From the NCBI RefSeq assembly GCF_964204645.1, contig NC_134025.1, forward strand, positions 21,117,101 to 21,181,100: a stretch of DNA of 64,000 bases, read 5' to 3'. Source of the stretch: Tubulanus polymorphus (taxonomy: Eukaryota > Animalia > Nemertea). The position numbers and the translations under genes were made by a program. The first letter of the stretch is position 1; each line of letters opens with the position of its first letter. The notes under the pieces are model-generated. The model did no database searches. It was not told where the DNA came from and was given only the letters and a program-made list of their open reading frames with translations. Below, piece by piece: positions 1 through 10,620 of the stretch.

Positions 1-297
1 GGTCAATGAGAATATAATATAATGAGAATAAGCCTCACGATTTTGACCGAATGTTTAAAACCTTTTCAACGTTTTTCTACCCAAACAGGAAGAGGGAGTA
101 GCCATGAATAGGTTGCCGCACAAGGCTAGGTGGAGTAACTTCAATCGTACTGGCTAGGGATGTCTATTTGGAGGGAATGCCGACAAAATTCCAACTGATA
201 TTCTTTGAAGCAGTATTTCGCTTACCGGTAACTTTAAATTAGCCGACATAAACAAATTGAAATCAGACAAAGAGCAAATAATGTAGTATGTGCATAC

Positions 298-441
298 CTC
301 AACACCATCCTCGGCATCATCATCATCTTCATCCGAGTCGCTGTCTTCTTCCTCTTCAGCTTCTTTCAACCACTTAATAAACGGGGAAGCTTTATCTCGT
401 ATCTCCTGCGACACAGCCTTTGGCACATAACGCTTGGAAAC
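298..441 (-). CDS. EIF5: eIF5 coding exon (aromatic/acidic box and acidic tail)
   Basis: [48 protein letters not shown]|gtatgc; 144 nt. Confidence 0.95.
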
Positions 442-3400
442 CTGTAATGTATACGGCAAATCTTGCACATTTCATTGAAAGGAAAGATACATATAGCTTA
501 GCTAAAGCCAAGATTTATCACAGTACAATACAATTTAAATAATGTTTTCTTTATTTGTATGGAATGGTGTTTCAAAAAACACATGTACATGCACATGTAC
601 AATATCTAACGCATTGAAGGTATTTAATTTTTCTGAAAAGGAAAAAGCCCAAAAGCGGCGTGATGCTGGCTGCCGTCTAAAAAAAATTGACTTAATGAAA
701 ATAATACAAGAACCCACTGGGTTGCTATAAACAGCTCGTCGAATATAGAAATCCGTCACTCAAAAACCCATAACCACAGTCAAGTAAAAAACCTTTTCAC
801 TGTGTTTACTTCGCAGTGTTAACTTCACAGTACGATGTAATTGTTAATTAGTTAAAACCTCTATCAAAAGATGGAGGCACCTGTCAAGAATTGTCAAATA
901 TAAGTACCGGTAACTAACAATATAATGCACTGCAGGTTAGACGCTTTGCAGTGGTTCATCCATTACTTATATTAATTTTCAAGTTTCCATTTTCACTGGA
1001 AATTTATTGAGGGAATCTGCCAGTAGTGAAAGGGTTAGAGTAATTCCAAAATAAATTTTCCCATTTAGTACCCGGTATATACATAATACTCCAATTAGAA
1101 ATGTTATCCTCAGAAAGTATCGGGTATAATCAATAAACCAAAACACCCACAGTCGGTTTTAATGAAAAAAATCTGCGAAAAAATCCGCCGAAAAACTCGG
1201 AAAAATAAATTCACAAGACGTATTCAACCGAACTGCAGTGAGCTGGTTGATTCAGCCCAAATGCCTTCAGTGCACATCATAGGATCGTTTGAAAACCAAT
1301 ACTCATCGTCAACGAAATAATTCTTACTCAACAAGCCGTTATCAAAAAACGCGCGTCAAGATTAGAGTCAAGTTCAGATTTTTCTTTAAGAGGAATCGTC
1401 AGAAGAACTTTCTATCAAAACGAAGAAGTAGTCCAACCCAAAAGCAACAAAGAATCAATTTGGTTTTCAGCCCAAAAATGCCTTCACTGCATATTTTAAG
1501 ATCACAGTTCAACTCATGATTTGAATTATATGAGTTAAGCCAGGTAAATCACAATATCAAATTTGAAACAGTTGGTCTAGAACAACCGGTCTTCTGTATT
1601 TGTAAAGACCAACAACAAAAAATTAAAGTCGCCCTAAAAATGGTTGCACTTTCCCAGGACGGAATCCTCAGAAAGATTCAGAATAATCACTTAACCAAAT
1701 CTTGTCTAACCAAATTATACGGACCTGTTCCAAAAACATCAACAGAAAAACTCTTAATTCAATTTTAGGAACAGATCCAATTCAGCAGCGAAGAATTGAT
1801 TAAATCAGCCCAAATGCCTTCAGTGCACATCATCGGATTCAAGTGTCTAACCGCTCGTTTTCTTTTTAACGTACAATAGGTTTATTAGTGAAATAAAGCT
1901 AGTGGGGTACTTTTTCAAATATCCGATGGGAACTAAGAAAACTCAAGTCGATTCAAATCGTCTAGCCTTTCAGGACAGACTCACTGGTACCGTCGGAATC
2001 CTCAGAATGATTCGGAATAATCACTTAACCAAATCTTTTCTCGCCGAATTATACAGACATGTCCCGAAAAAATCACCAGAAAGACTCTGACTCAATTTTA
2101 AGAACTGATCCAATTCAGCAGCTAAGACTTGATTAAATCAGCCCAAATGCCTTCAGTGCACATCATAGGATTCGAGTTTCGACATGGCCATTTTTCTGAC
2201 CAACATTCAATAGGTGTATACAACTGAAATTTGAATTATCGGTAAGCGGAAGAAAGAACCACTTGTCAATAAACTATCTGATGAGAATTATTAAGAATAC
2301 TAGGTCATCTAGCCTTTCGGGACAGACTCACTGGTACCGTCGGAATCCTCAGAATGATTTGGAATAATCACTAAACCAAATCTTGTCTAACCAAATTATA
2401 TGGACGAGTCCCAAAAAAAATCACCAGAAAGACTCTGACTCAATTCTTTTAGGAACAGATCCAATTCAGCAGCCAAGAATTGATTAAATCAGCCCAAATG
2501 CCTTCAGTGCACATCATCGGATTGAGCAGGATGGACCACATGATCTGTTTACATGAAAATATTGTGCATTACGAAAATACTTTTCGAACAAATATTAATT
2601 ACCTTTGAGGCCCAATCCAAAATGACCTCCTCTTCAACAATATCCAAATCATAGAACGTTTTCAGAATATGCGGCACCTTCGGCAGCAACGTGCTGCTGT
2701 ATTTCACACCGGCCAACTGTTCCAGACCGTGAAGCAGATACCGTTGGGCTTTCGGGTTTTCATTTGTGAACTGCAAAACGAAACATAATTCATACATCAC
2801 AACTAAACCGACTTAATACTCTCCTTACAACATCTAGTCTACTTGCATCGAATCTATCATTATCCGCAGGTTCAATTACTCATCCGTCGCGAAATAGACA
2901 GAATGACCTAAATTGTCATTAGCAATAACGCAATATTGATGTTAATTAAGTTCCAACTCTTGGTCTTATCATGGAAATTTGACATCGCACTTAAAATGGC
3001 ATCAAGGTACATTGCATCAGGTAAAGTTTAATTTAAAATCCATTAGCCGTGGACTCATTTCTTGCAATAATTCATTTCAAGTTGTTCATAGAATAACTAT
3101 ATTTGGAATGGAAGCGGTTGGTAGTGCCTTAGCAGTTAAATGGGTTTAGCTCTGTAAAATTCTATACGATAGCCAATGACTAATGTTAATTCATGAGCAT
3201 ACTACATATAAAATCTAGTTTTCTATTCCAAAGTATTGGCCCTGAATTCCAGCGAGACAAAATTCAGGAATTTGACTGACTTTGGGTGGTGAAACAAACT
3301 CCCTGAACTGTACGAAGAAACAAACGCTCACCCGAAGGAAAATCTTTCGGTATTCTTTCACTTCCACGAGCACCTTTTCGGACAACAAAAGCTCCACTAA

Positions 3401-6400
3401 CACCATCGTCGCTTTTTCTTTGACTTCGAGACGGTCGGCTTCGCCGAGAATATCCTTGTCGGCGTTAGCGACATTTCCTTGGCTCATTTTCGTCTGAAAT
3501 AGATAATTGCACGATCGTATAATTGCCACCTTCAATGCATTATTGATCGTTCTCGAAATCAATGTATTCAAAATGTAACTGTAAGGTTCCAAATGCAAAG
3601 CAACCAGCTCCAATTCAGCGTAGCCGCTATACAGATCCAAAACTTGATTTATTTCCCAAAGCTTTGGCCCTGAATGTCAATGATTAATATCATCCAGGAA
3701 TTTGACTGACTTTGGTATTCAGATTGTTTCTGGTTGAAGTCCCGACGTCCGAAGACCCTTTTTGATTTGGCCTTATTCTATGTTATTAACTAACAAATGA
3801 CAATTAAACGGACTTCATTTTTAAAGCAAGTTTAAAACATGAATTGGGATGATTTGTAAATCCGCCCTTATCAGTACTAAATATTGGTTAAGGCAGAATG
3901 ACGAATCCTTCTTCTAAGAAGGGCACTGCTGGCAAACCTGTTAAGACAAATGTATTCCAAAAAAAACCTTCTATTTTACTTTGACGAAATATTTGCAGCC
4001 CGAATGCAACCAAGTTTAGCGAAGGTTACCATATTATCAATCATAAATTCGTTGTTGCTCTCACCTTCACGAAGTTGTAGAATATCTCCATTCTTTCTTC
4101 AGATGATTTCTCCAGATCGTCGTCAATGGCCAGTTTCTGGGCGGCCGACGATAATTCGTTCATTCGAGCTTTAACGGCCGACTCATCTAGATCACCCCAA
4201 TCATCATCATCCTCCTCATCGGCGTGGTTATTATTCTGTAAACGGCGAAAAGCAACTCGTCAATATCTAAAATATTCACGGTTCAACAAATTTGCTGTTT
4301 TGTATAGCGGCGATTCCATGAAAATGTTCAAAAGCACGCTTTACACTACCTAAAGTTGGTTTCTAATCAGGGGAAGAAAAATCCAGGTCCTAACTGTATC
4401 AATTTAGGGGTAGTGTACTGTACAACAACAACAAACTAGACAAAAATTTCTTATTGCCCATTTCTCTAAATCGAAGGAGTTTTGAGCATTGCGTTCAAAA
4501 GAAATGAGTTTCAAGAGCTTTTAAGGAGTTTTCAATGAATTTTCAAGGAGTTTTCAATGAATCGGCTAATCGTATGGACCCTGTGCAAGTATGGAGGGAT
4601 ATCAATGCTGAAAATGCTCACCAAAGCTGGCGCTTCAACTTTTTCAGGTTCCTCTTTGGTTTCGTGGTGACCATTGGCCTCGGGACTACTTCGACTATCT
4701 TTCTCCTTGCGTTTTCCTTTCTTGAGGTCCTTCTTAGAAGGCGTAGCTCCACCAACCTGTAACGATACGGTAAAATGTCTTTACGGGCATTTTCTTTCAT
4801 TAAATAAGACGCCCGATTTCTAGAGCTAATTCCATCATATTGAGTATGAAATCGGCCTTCAAGCGTATACAACAAACTGAAGTAAAAAGTTGGTCAACTG
4901 GTGAACCTTGTGACACTGGTGAACAAAAAATTGATTCAATTTACCTGTTCACTGCCAGGAGGATTACGGATGATGTAAGTTGTCAATTTGTGTCTCAGCT
5001 CTAATTGTCCGTGGTAGCCGCAAGCCATACAATGCTGCTTGATTGTTTGCGCTTTCGTGTTAACATTCTGCAACAAATTTTTCAAGTTCATGTATCCGAT
5101 CGATTACTGCATCAGTTATACTAACGACGCGCTAGATGTCTGTCAAAAATCAAATTAATCGGGATCGTTGATTTTTGTTAAATGATTCTTGGAGTTTACA
5201 TGATGGAAATTCAATTCATGCAATGGCAATGAATTTATAAGATTTGTGCTTGAGTTAATGAACTTTGTATTTCGGCTTCTAAGCATTCATGTTGAGTTAA
5301 AACAGAATATATTTAAATGTATATTTTTACATATCTATTGGATGGATGGCAACTATCATCTGGAATCAGTTGCATAGCCCAATTTCAACTGAGGGCTCAG
5401 CTTTCTAATTTTGAACTAACCCTTGGTTAAAAGTCGAAACTTATTACTTTTTACCAATAACTATAACGTTTCCATTTAATGCGGCATTGTTTATCCAATA
5501 TTAACACCTAGTCAACCGAGTTGGATTAAAACACTTATTTACTGATAAAGGTATCAGTCCAAAAGGAGCCCAATTCACACCCATACATGAAATATAAACA
5601 CTTACTAAGCTCGTTTCGGGATTTTCACAATTTGGACACAATACGAATTTATTGATAAAAATATGAAGGAGTTCTTGGAGTTTAGCCGAGTCGTGAGACC
5701 CGTTCACGATGAAACGTTCATTTTTCAAGTCGAACTGAGTCTGAGCACCTAATTCACAGCCAAAAAATTTGGTGGGATCTGAAAATGAAGTATAACACAG
5801 GATGAAATAGAGATCACTTGGAAATTTATCATAGCATGTCTGATAGTTAGATTCTGAAGAACAATTAACAAAGTACAAGGCTCTTCATTTCGAGCTACCT
5901 GATGCCCGAATTTCCCCCATTGAATACAACTTCATGATTTTTCCCAATAAGCATATTCAAGGTTTCTTTTCCATTATTATTCTTATTGATGTAACTTAGA
6001 AACTTTATTGTAAACTCATGATGCCTGGGGCCATTTGAACAGTCATGACTTCAGTGCGAAAGTCGTCTTAAATCTTAAAAGTAGCTGCTTCATTGGCTTT
6101 AGAACTAAGATGGTCTTAAAAAATCTAAGCCATGAATGACTGTGCAATTGACCCCTGTATTAATGAGAGCAATGATTCTAAAACGGCTTAAACCACTCCG
6201 CCTCTCACAACCAGACAACCTCATCGTACATACTTAGTATTATCTAGAGGGAGTGATCACCAAAGCCATGTTTCAGGAAGCTAGAACTGAAAATACAATA
6301 AACCAAAACTCAAAATACAATATCATCGATATACTTACATGTTGGGGGACGCGACAGAGATTTCGCTACCTCCACCATATTAACGATTACAGTTTTTATC

Positions 6401-6935
6401 CCATTTCCCTTGCCTTCGACCTGAAAATGATGAAAAGGCCGATTTTGAAATAACAAATCATGTGTACCGGCAACACTTTAAAATCACTGTTGTGTGTCGT
6501 ATATTGGGGGTCGACTGCACTTAATTATGAGCAAACTTAGCAGGCACTGGCATTGAAATCAAGCAGCACCTCGTTATTCAAGCCACTATTTCCAGGGCCT
6601 GGTTTTATTGACTGGTATTAACAATAACCCAGGGGCTAACTTAATTCATTGCTAAACCTGCCACAGAGTTTTGTGCATGTACACATGGCTTTCAGATTTA
6701 AATGAGACAAGGGGACCAGGCAGTTCAGTTTCAACAATTAACCACACAGAATAGGCAGTTTATTTTATTTTGAATAATGGCAATTCATTTCAATCAATTT
6801 TCCTTAGTCTGACGCACGGCGATACATCAGCGCAATATCTGAGCGATGTTTACGGCGGCTTACCTTAGCTATCAGCTTGGGCATTTTGTAGCGATAAAAC
6901 TGGTCGTTGACATTTCTGTTAACGTTGAGAGACAT
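298..6935 (-). CDS. EIF5: Eukaryotic translation initiation factor 5 (spliced CDS; 3' end outside window). Coding exons 6935-6864, 6420-6339, 5778-5606, 5067-4945, 4756-4622, 4235-4065, 3493-3332, 2770-2603, 441-298
   Basis: Exons join in frame via GT-AG sites to give [39 protein letters not shown]...FGCELGAQ...[12 protein letters not shown]...CMACG... followed by a W2/HEAT C-terminal domain ([27 protein letters not shown]). These are hallmark eIF5 motifs. Confidence 0.98.
1106..1285 (-). ncRNA. Box C/D snoRNA-like gene, diverged paralog (copy 5 in transcription order)
   Basis: ATCC-T-ATGATGT (C)...AAGGCATTTGG-G-CTGA (D')...about 110-nt hairpin...TTGATTA (C')...CTGA (D)-GGAT; intronic and sense to eIF5. 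Confidence 0.75.
1393..1503 (-). pseudogene. Decayed, internally deleted copy of the C/D snoRNA
   Basis: Retains CTGA ends and GAAGGCATTTTTGGGCTGA, but has a 2-nt insertion in the guide, a destroyed C box and a shortened insert. Confidence 0.55.
1662..1840 (-). ncRNA. Box C/D snoRNA-like gene (copy 3)
   Basis: Terminal stem GAATCC/GGATTC, C ATGATGT, D' CTGA, C' GTGATTA, D CTGA. Confidence 0.75.
1996..2173 (-). ncRNA. Box C/D snoRNA-like gene (copy 2)
   Basis: Terminal stem GAATCC/GGATTC and all four boxes; insert opens with a 13-bp stem TTAATCAAGTCTT/AAGATTTGGTTAA (2 G-U). Confidence 0.78.
2344..2523 (-). ncRNA. Box C/D snoRNA-like gene (copy 1)
   Basis: Terminal stem AATCC/GGATT, the same boxes and the same guide. 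Confidence 0.75.
2603..2770 (-). CDS. EIF5: eIF5 coding exon (W2 domain)
   Basis: [19 protein letters not shown]...[22 protein letters not shown]; 168 nt. Confidence 0.96.
3226..3716. repeat. Two copies (about 3226-3295 and 3655-3716) of a ~65-bp palindromic-ended element flanking an eIF5 exon
   Basis: Shared ccaaag..ttggccctgaat...caggaatttgactgactttgg. Confidence 0.6.
3332..3493 (-). CDS. EIF5: eIF5 coding exon (W2 domain)
   Basis: TKMSQG...[20 protein letters not shown]...YRKIFLR; 162 nt. Confidence 0.95.
3852..3973 (-). ncRNA. Candidate box H/ACA snoRNA in an eIF5 intron
   Basis: Hairpin (AGAAGG/CCTTCT), H box AGAAGA (3915-3910), second hairpin (GGATTCGTC/GGCGGATTT), then ACA plus 3 nt; about 122 nt, sense to host. 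Confidence 0.6.
4065..4235 (-). CDS. EIF5: eIF5 coding exon
   Basis: [29 protein letters not shown]...[11 protein letters not shown]; 171 nt. Confidence 0.95.
4622..4756 (-). CDS. EIF5: eIF5 coding exon (basic linker)
   Basis: [29 protein letters not shown]...EAPAL; 135 nt, phase 0 on both sides. Confidence 0.92.
4945..5067 (-). CDS. EIF5: eIF5 coding exon
   Basis: [41 protein letters not shown]; 123 nt, AG/GT bounded. Confidence 0.95.
5606..5778 (-). CDS. EIF5: eIF5 coding exon
   Basis: (Y)[16 protein letters not shown]...[14 protein letters not shown]; canonical splice sites; 173 nt. Confidence 0.97.
6339..6420 (-). CDS. EIF5: eIF5 coding exon
   Basis: [27 protein letters not shown]; ttttcag| and |gtaagt; 82 nt. 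Confidence 0.97.
6864..6935 (-). CDS. EIF5: eIF5 first coding segment (exon starts at about 7098 with 5'UTR)
   Basis: [24 protein letters not shown] with A at -3 of the ATG; donor AAG|gtaag; acceptor tttacgttgcag before 7098. Confidence 0.97.
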
Positions 6936-8738
6936 GATGACGATGAATTGTACCGTTTGTGTTTTCTATGATTCAATGATGTTCCGCTAGTCGATTTATG
7001 ATCACACTTGCAGTTATTCATACAAAAACTTGGTAATGTTGAGTGTTGTTCAAGTTCACCTATGAGGTGCGATATATCCGGCCGACCGCGCAGCAACTCT
7101 GCAACGTAAAATCAACAAAATTGATAAAATTGTTTCTTATCAACAATTGTTAAACTTGTTTGAAACAGTCACACATGCTTTAAGTCATCGTAGTTCAAGT
7201 TGGGACATATGTTGAGGACTTTTCCACAAGATAACTTTCACTTGGCATATTAATTCCAAATACAAATTGGGACTCAAAAATTGAAGAGTAAATTCATAGA
7301 TTTTCTTATTTATGCTTCTTCGAACTGACGTCATATGTCATTATATTATCAAGTAGACTAGTGGGTCTAAATGATTTCACCTAAGAGATGGACACAGTCC
7401 TACCATCTCTTGATTTTGCATCAAACACCAATCTACAAAGCCATGTGGATGGGGTAGCTTAAAACTGGGCCAAAACCTTATACCGAATGGCTATAACATG
7501 TACTTAAGTAAAACGAACAATGCAGTATTAACTGGATTTTGCCCACATCATTATCGTCTGTCCAGTGAAAATAAACAAGTCCAAGTTACAGGTTATCGAA
7601 GATGAATAAATAAGTCATGTACAGTATGGCGAGATCCTATTTATGCCAGAATTAAATTTGAAGACTTTTCAAGCTAATATTCAAGGATAGTTTACAATGG
7701 TAGTATCGAGTATTCTGATTCACACCAACAGTTACATTTCCTCTATAAGAACCAGGCCAGTAGCAAATCCACTTATAAAACCGAGGGTGGGGGATGGGGG
7801 TGTTAGGGTATGGTAAAAGGGTACGAGATATTCAGGATATTAACGCATATAAGTATCCATATGATAGCACTTTTCCAGGCTTCTGACAAATATGTGTTTT
7901 AATCTGAGAAATACGAGGTATCTTTGGAAACAGTCAATCAGGATTTTCTAAGGCTAAACATGTAAAAATTTAGGAGCTACCCTGGAATCCCCAAGGCCCT
8001 TCAACCTGCCGTTGCATTGATGTTTTCTTCTGTTTGGCTCCACCATAAAGACTCCCTTCAAAACCCGTGCAAGATAGGTCTTCTGCTAGTTCAACTATAT
8101 CTGTACTTTCCGATTTCAAAATCAAACCCCCAGCGTTCCATACCAACAAGTGGAAGCAACATATTCCTAACCATATGATAACCTTGATAATAATAATGAC
8201 AGCAGCGCATAGTGGCTGGAGACCTAAACTGCTGCTGCTAGAAAAATCTCTGAGATATTAAAAGAATTGGCCATATTGCACGGACTCTATGTCTGTGCTC
8301 ATAATAGCGTACAGGAAGGGATTGTGGGCTCGTTACATAACTGTGGAGGACCAATATCAAAAATTTACAACAGTAATCTTTCCTGTTACCACCAATTAAC
8401 AATGATAAAGGTACTTTTATTCCTAGCATAAAATTCCTTGATTTTGTACCCCCAGCTTCATGTCAAGCCCCTGTGAGTGTGAAATTTTCCATACATACAT
8501 CTTAAAAATCTATCTAAGTCCATCGCTTAACAAACAGTCCCGTAAGTGCAGGATTTCAGAACATGATGAAACATGTGGTGTGACTAATTAATCCAATTTA
8601 TTAATTTTTAAGGATTTATTACTTTTTGTAGGTAGATTAAGAATTATTCAGGAGTAAATTGTGCAGGACATGAAACTAATAGCCACAATTTGAAGGCACA
8701 ATTGTTTAATAATTACCGTTTCGACACGATAAAGTCAT
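6872..8738 (-). CDS. Spliced 82-codon upstream ORF overlapping the eIF5 start out of frame (8738-8717 joined to 7098-6872)
   Basis: [19 protein letters not shown]...SFIATKCPS*; both in-frame upstream AUGs (8738, 7021) have U at -3; the ORF overlaps the eIF5 CDS by 64 nt. Confidence 0.75.
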
Positions 8739-8871
8739 AAAAACGCTGACCAGAATAGGACGTCTGAAAACGTGAGAGCGTAATGGCGGCGATCAGGGCG
8801 TCCCAGCCAGACAGCGGGAGAAGAGGCAGAGAACTAAAACGGGCGACGAGCGTCTCTAAAACGACCACAAT
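8717..8871 (-). other. EIF5: eIF5 5'UTR exon containing the uORF start
   Basis: Acceptor tatttacag|, donor ACG|gtaatt; CpG-rich; contains a single ATG in TTTTT-ATG-A context at 8738. Confidence 0.75.
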
Positions 8872-8944
8872 CTGTAAATATAGAAACGATTAAACATCAG
8901 CAACGATTAGAAAGCAAACTTATCCGCGAAAGAAGTCGAGTTAC

Positions 8945-9010
8945 CGCTTTTCTAGCGTGAAATATGGAGAGAAATTATGCTAATCAGATATAGACACGCA
9001 CACAGTCTAG
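8945..9010 (-). other. EIF5: Probable eIF5 first (non-coding) exon; TSS position approximate
   Basis: Donor GCG|gtaact at 8944 with a 73-nt intron to the next UTR exon; adjacent to a TGACGTCA motif. Confidence 0.5.
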
Positions 9011-9051
9011 CTGCTAGGGATTCGGTATTCGTTCGCAAACGCGATCGTCAA

Positions 9052-9253
9052 TGACGTCACTTGGCTACGTAGCAGTCACTTCAACTAAATTGGAATTGAC
9101 TCAAATCTGTACCTCATATTGACAATTTGGAAACACGAAATGATAGAAAAAAGTCTAAAGGTAACAAATATTCTTTATAACATAGATGTGCGAGGTGAAA
9201 GATCATGCAGGGTTATTTGAATTGCATCTGGGTAACAATAATCAGTGACGTCA
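9052..9253. promoter_or_regulatory. Two CRE-type palindromes TGACGTCA (9052-9059, 9246-9253) upstream of eIF5
   Basis: Perfect motifs just upstream of the inferred first exon; function inferred from position only. Confidence 0.4.
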
Positions 9254-9499
9254 TTGATGCTCAGGCCTAAGATCTAATGATGACCTTTGTGGAATATTCG
9301 ACGCTGTACTAACAATTATTTGATAAAAAAAATTCACGATTCGATAGTTTAGTGTTGAAGATTCGAAGCTTTGCATATTTTTCAAAGAAGGTAAAATTAA
9401 CCTTGAATTGTATCAGCAAAAGATAATGTCAACAGTTAATAAAAGAAAAGCACGAAGGTGGCAGCACTGGACGGTAGCGGTTTCATTTGATGCCTTCAG

Positions 9500-10620
9500 C
9501 GTTCAGCGGGCTTTTGGGTGAACTCTAGAGCCGCCGGGTAATTTTCACTTGAACCGGATAATGAATAACGTCAAAGTGGAGGCATTGTGGAAACGACAGT
9601 GTTATGAATTCTGCGCCGTTCAGCAACCAGTCTAATCACTTAATGTAGGGTGACATTACTGGTGCAGACCGGTGACCACGTGCCCGGATCCGAGTGGCAC
9701 GCCGCTCGGCGGGTCTGCTCTGAAAATGATTAGTTCAAACCGTTTTGATTAACATGGTCTAGAGGAGTCAGTGGTAGTCATATCAGTTGTACCATCCAGA
9801 ATGTTTGTGGAGGACAAGACCCAAAATTTGACCATTTATTTATCGCCGGCGTAGGGGCGCGCTGGTGCCGATGGCCGAAACCCGGTTCATTACGGCGACT
9901 AGCGACAGGTGTATTGAAATACCACATGGTATTGGGACGTGACCATCACGGTTTTTGGCTGGTAAAGCTTCTTCAACTGCTCCGGTGTGCTCTCTGGCCA
10001 CCAGTAAAGTTCCGTTGCCTGGACTGGGCAGATTTATCGGGGTTTATCTTCATCGGTTGATGAATTTTCTGAGTGCCCTATGATGAAGAAGCTGCCAATG
10101 CGCAGACAATACTCTACACGACTCTACAGTAGTGGAACATGTTACCAAAAGTCCAGATACCTATTCATTTTTCTGAACGTTCTACTCGGAATGGTTCAAG
10201 GTAGTCGATCCCGATGATGTTGAGAATGGGCTTGAAGTATCGAGTCTCGCCGCAAGCGACACGACACCTCAGTCCTCAGCATTATAGCTCGCGAAGGTAA
10301 GCGACGACACCATAGACTTTGTCCGACGCGTCGCAGAAGACGTAGTTGTCGCCCGGCCTGCCCAGTTTACGGGTCGTCCCCAATATTTTCGTCGTATCAA
10401 TCGAGTTTCTGGCACCAAAGGCGTTGCATCGGAATTTGACTTGATATAATAACGGTTTTACGAAAATGGTGTAGCAATACCCAATGGCCAAAGGCTGATC
10501 AGTGAGACTTGGCTGAGTGGGTACTCCTCGTTTGCTCTTCTTAGGCTTTTCTCTGACCTTGAAACCAATTGTATCTGATTCCGGGTCCAATATCCCCGCA
10601 TCATGTTACTGGTCGCCCAT
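9500..10620 (-). mobile_element. Decayed BEL/Pao LTR-retrotransposon pol fragment (RNase H to integrase)
   Basis: DPESDTIGF...KR...VFCDASDKVYGVVAYLR matches the Pao-type RNase H signature; downstream PF...GIDY..PF, NFTGG and FNTP resemble integrase; stops, frameshifts and deletions are present; boundaries approximate. Confidence 0.75.

Noticed and set aside
5330-5390. Pocket-like hairpin on the minus strand of an eIF5 intron
   Set aside because: No properly spaced H or ACA box and no convincing second hairpin.
6458-6590. Second H/ACA-like candidate in an eIF5 intron (two hairpins, ACA near the end, minus strand)
   Set aside because: No ANANNA H box in the hinge and the second hairpin is weak; worth an Rfam search but not supportable by eye.
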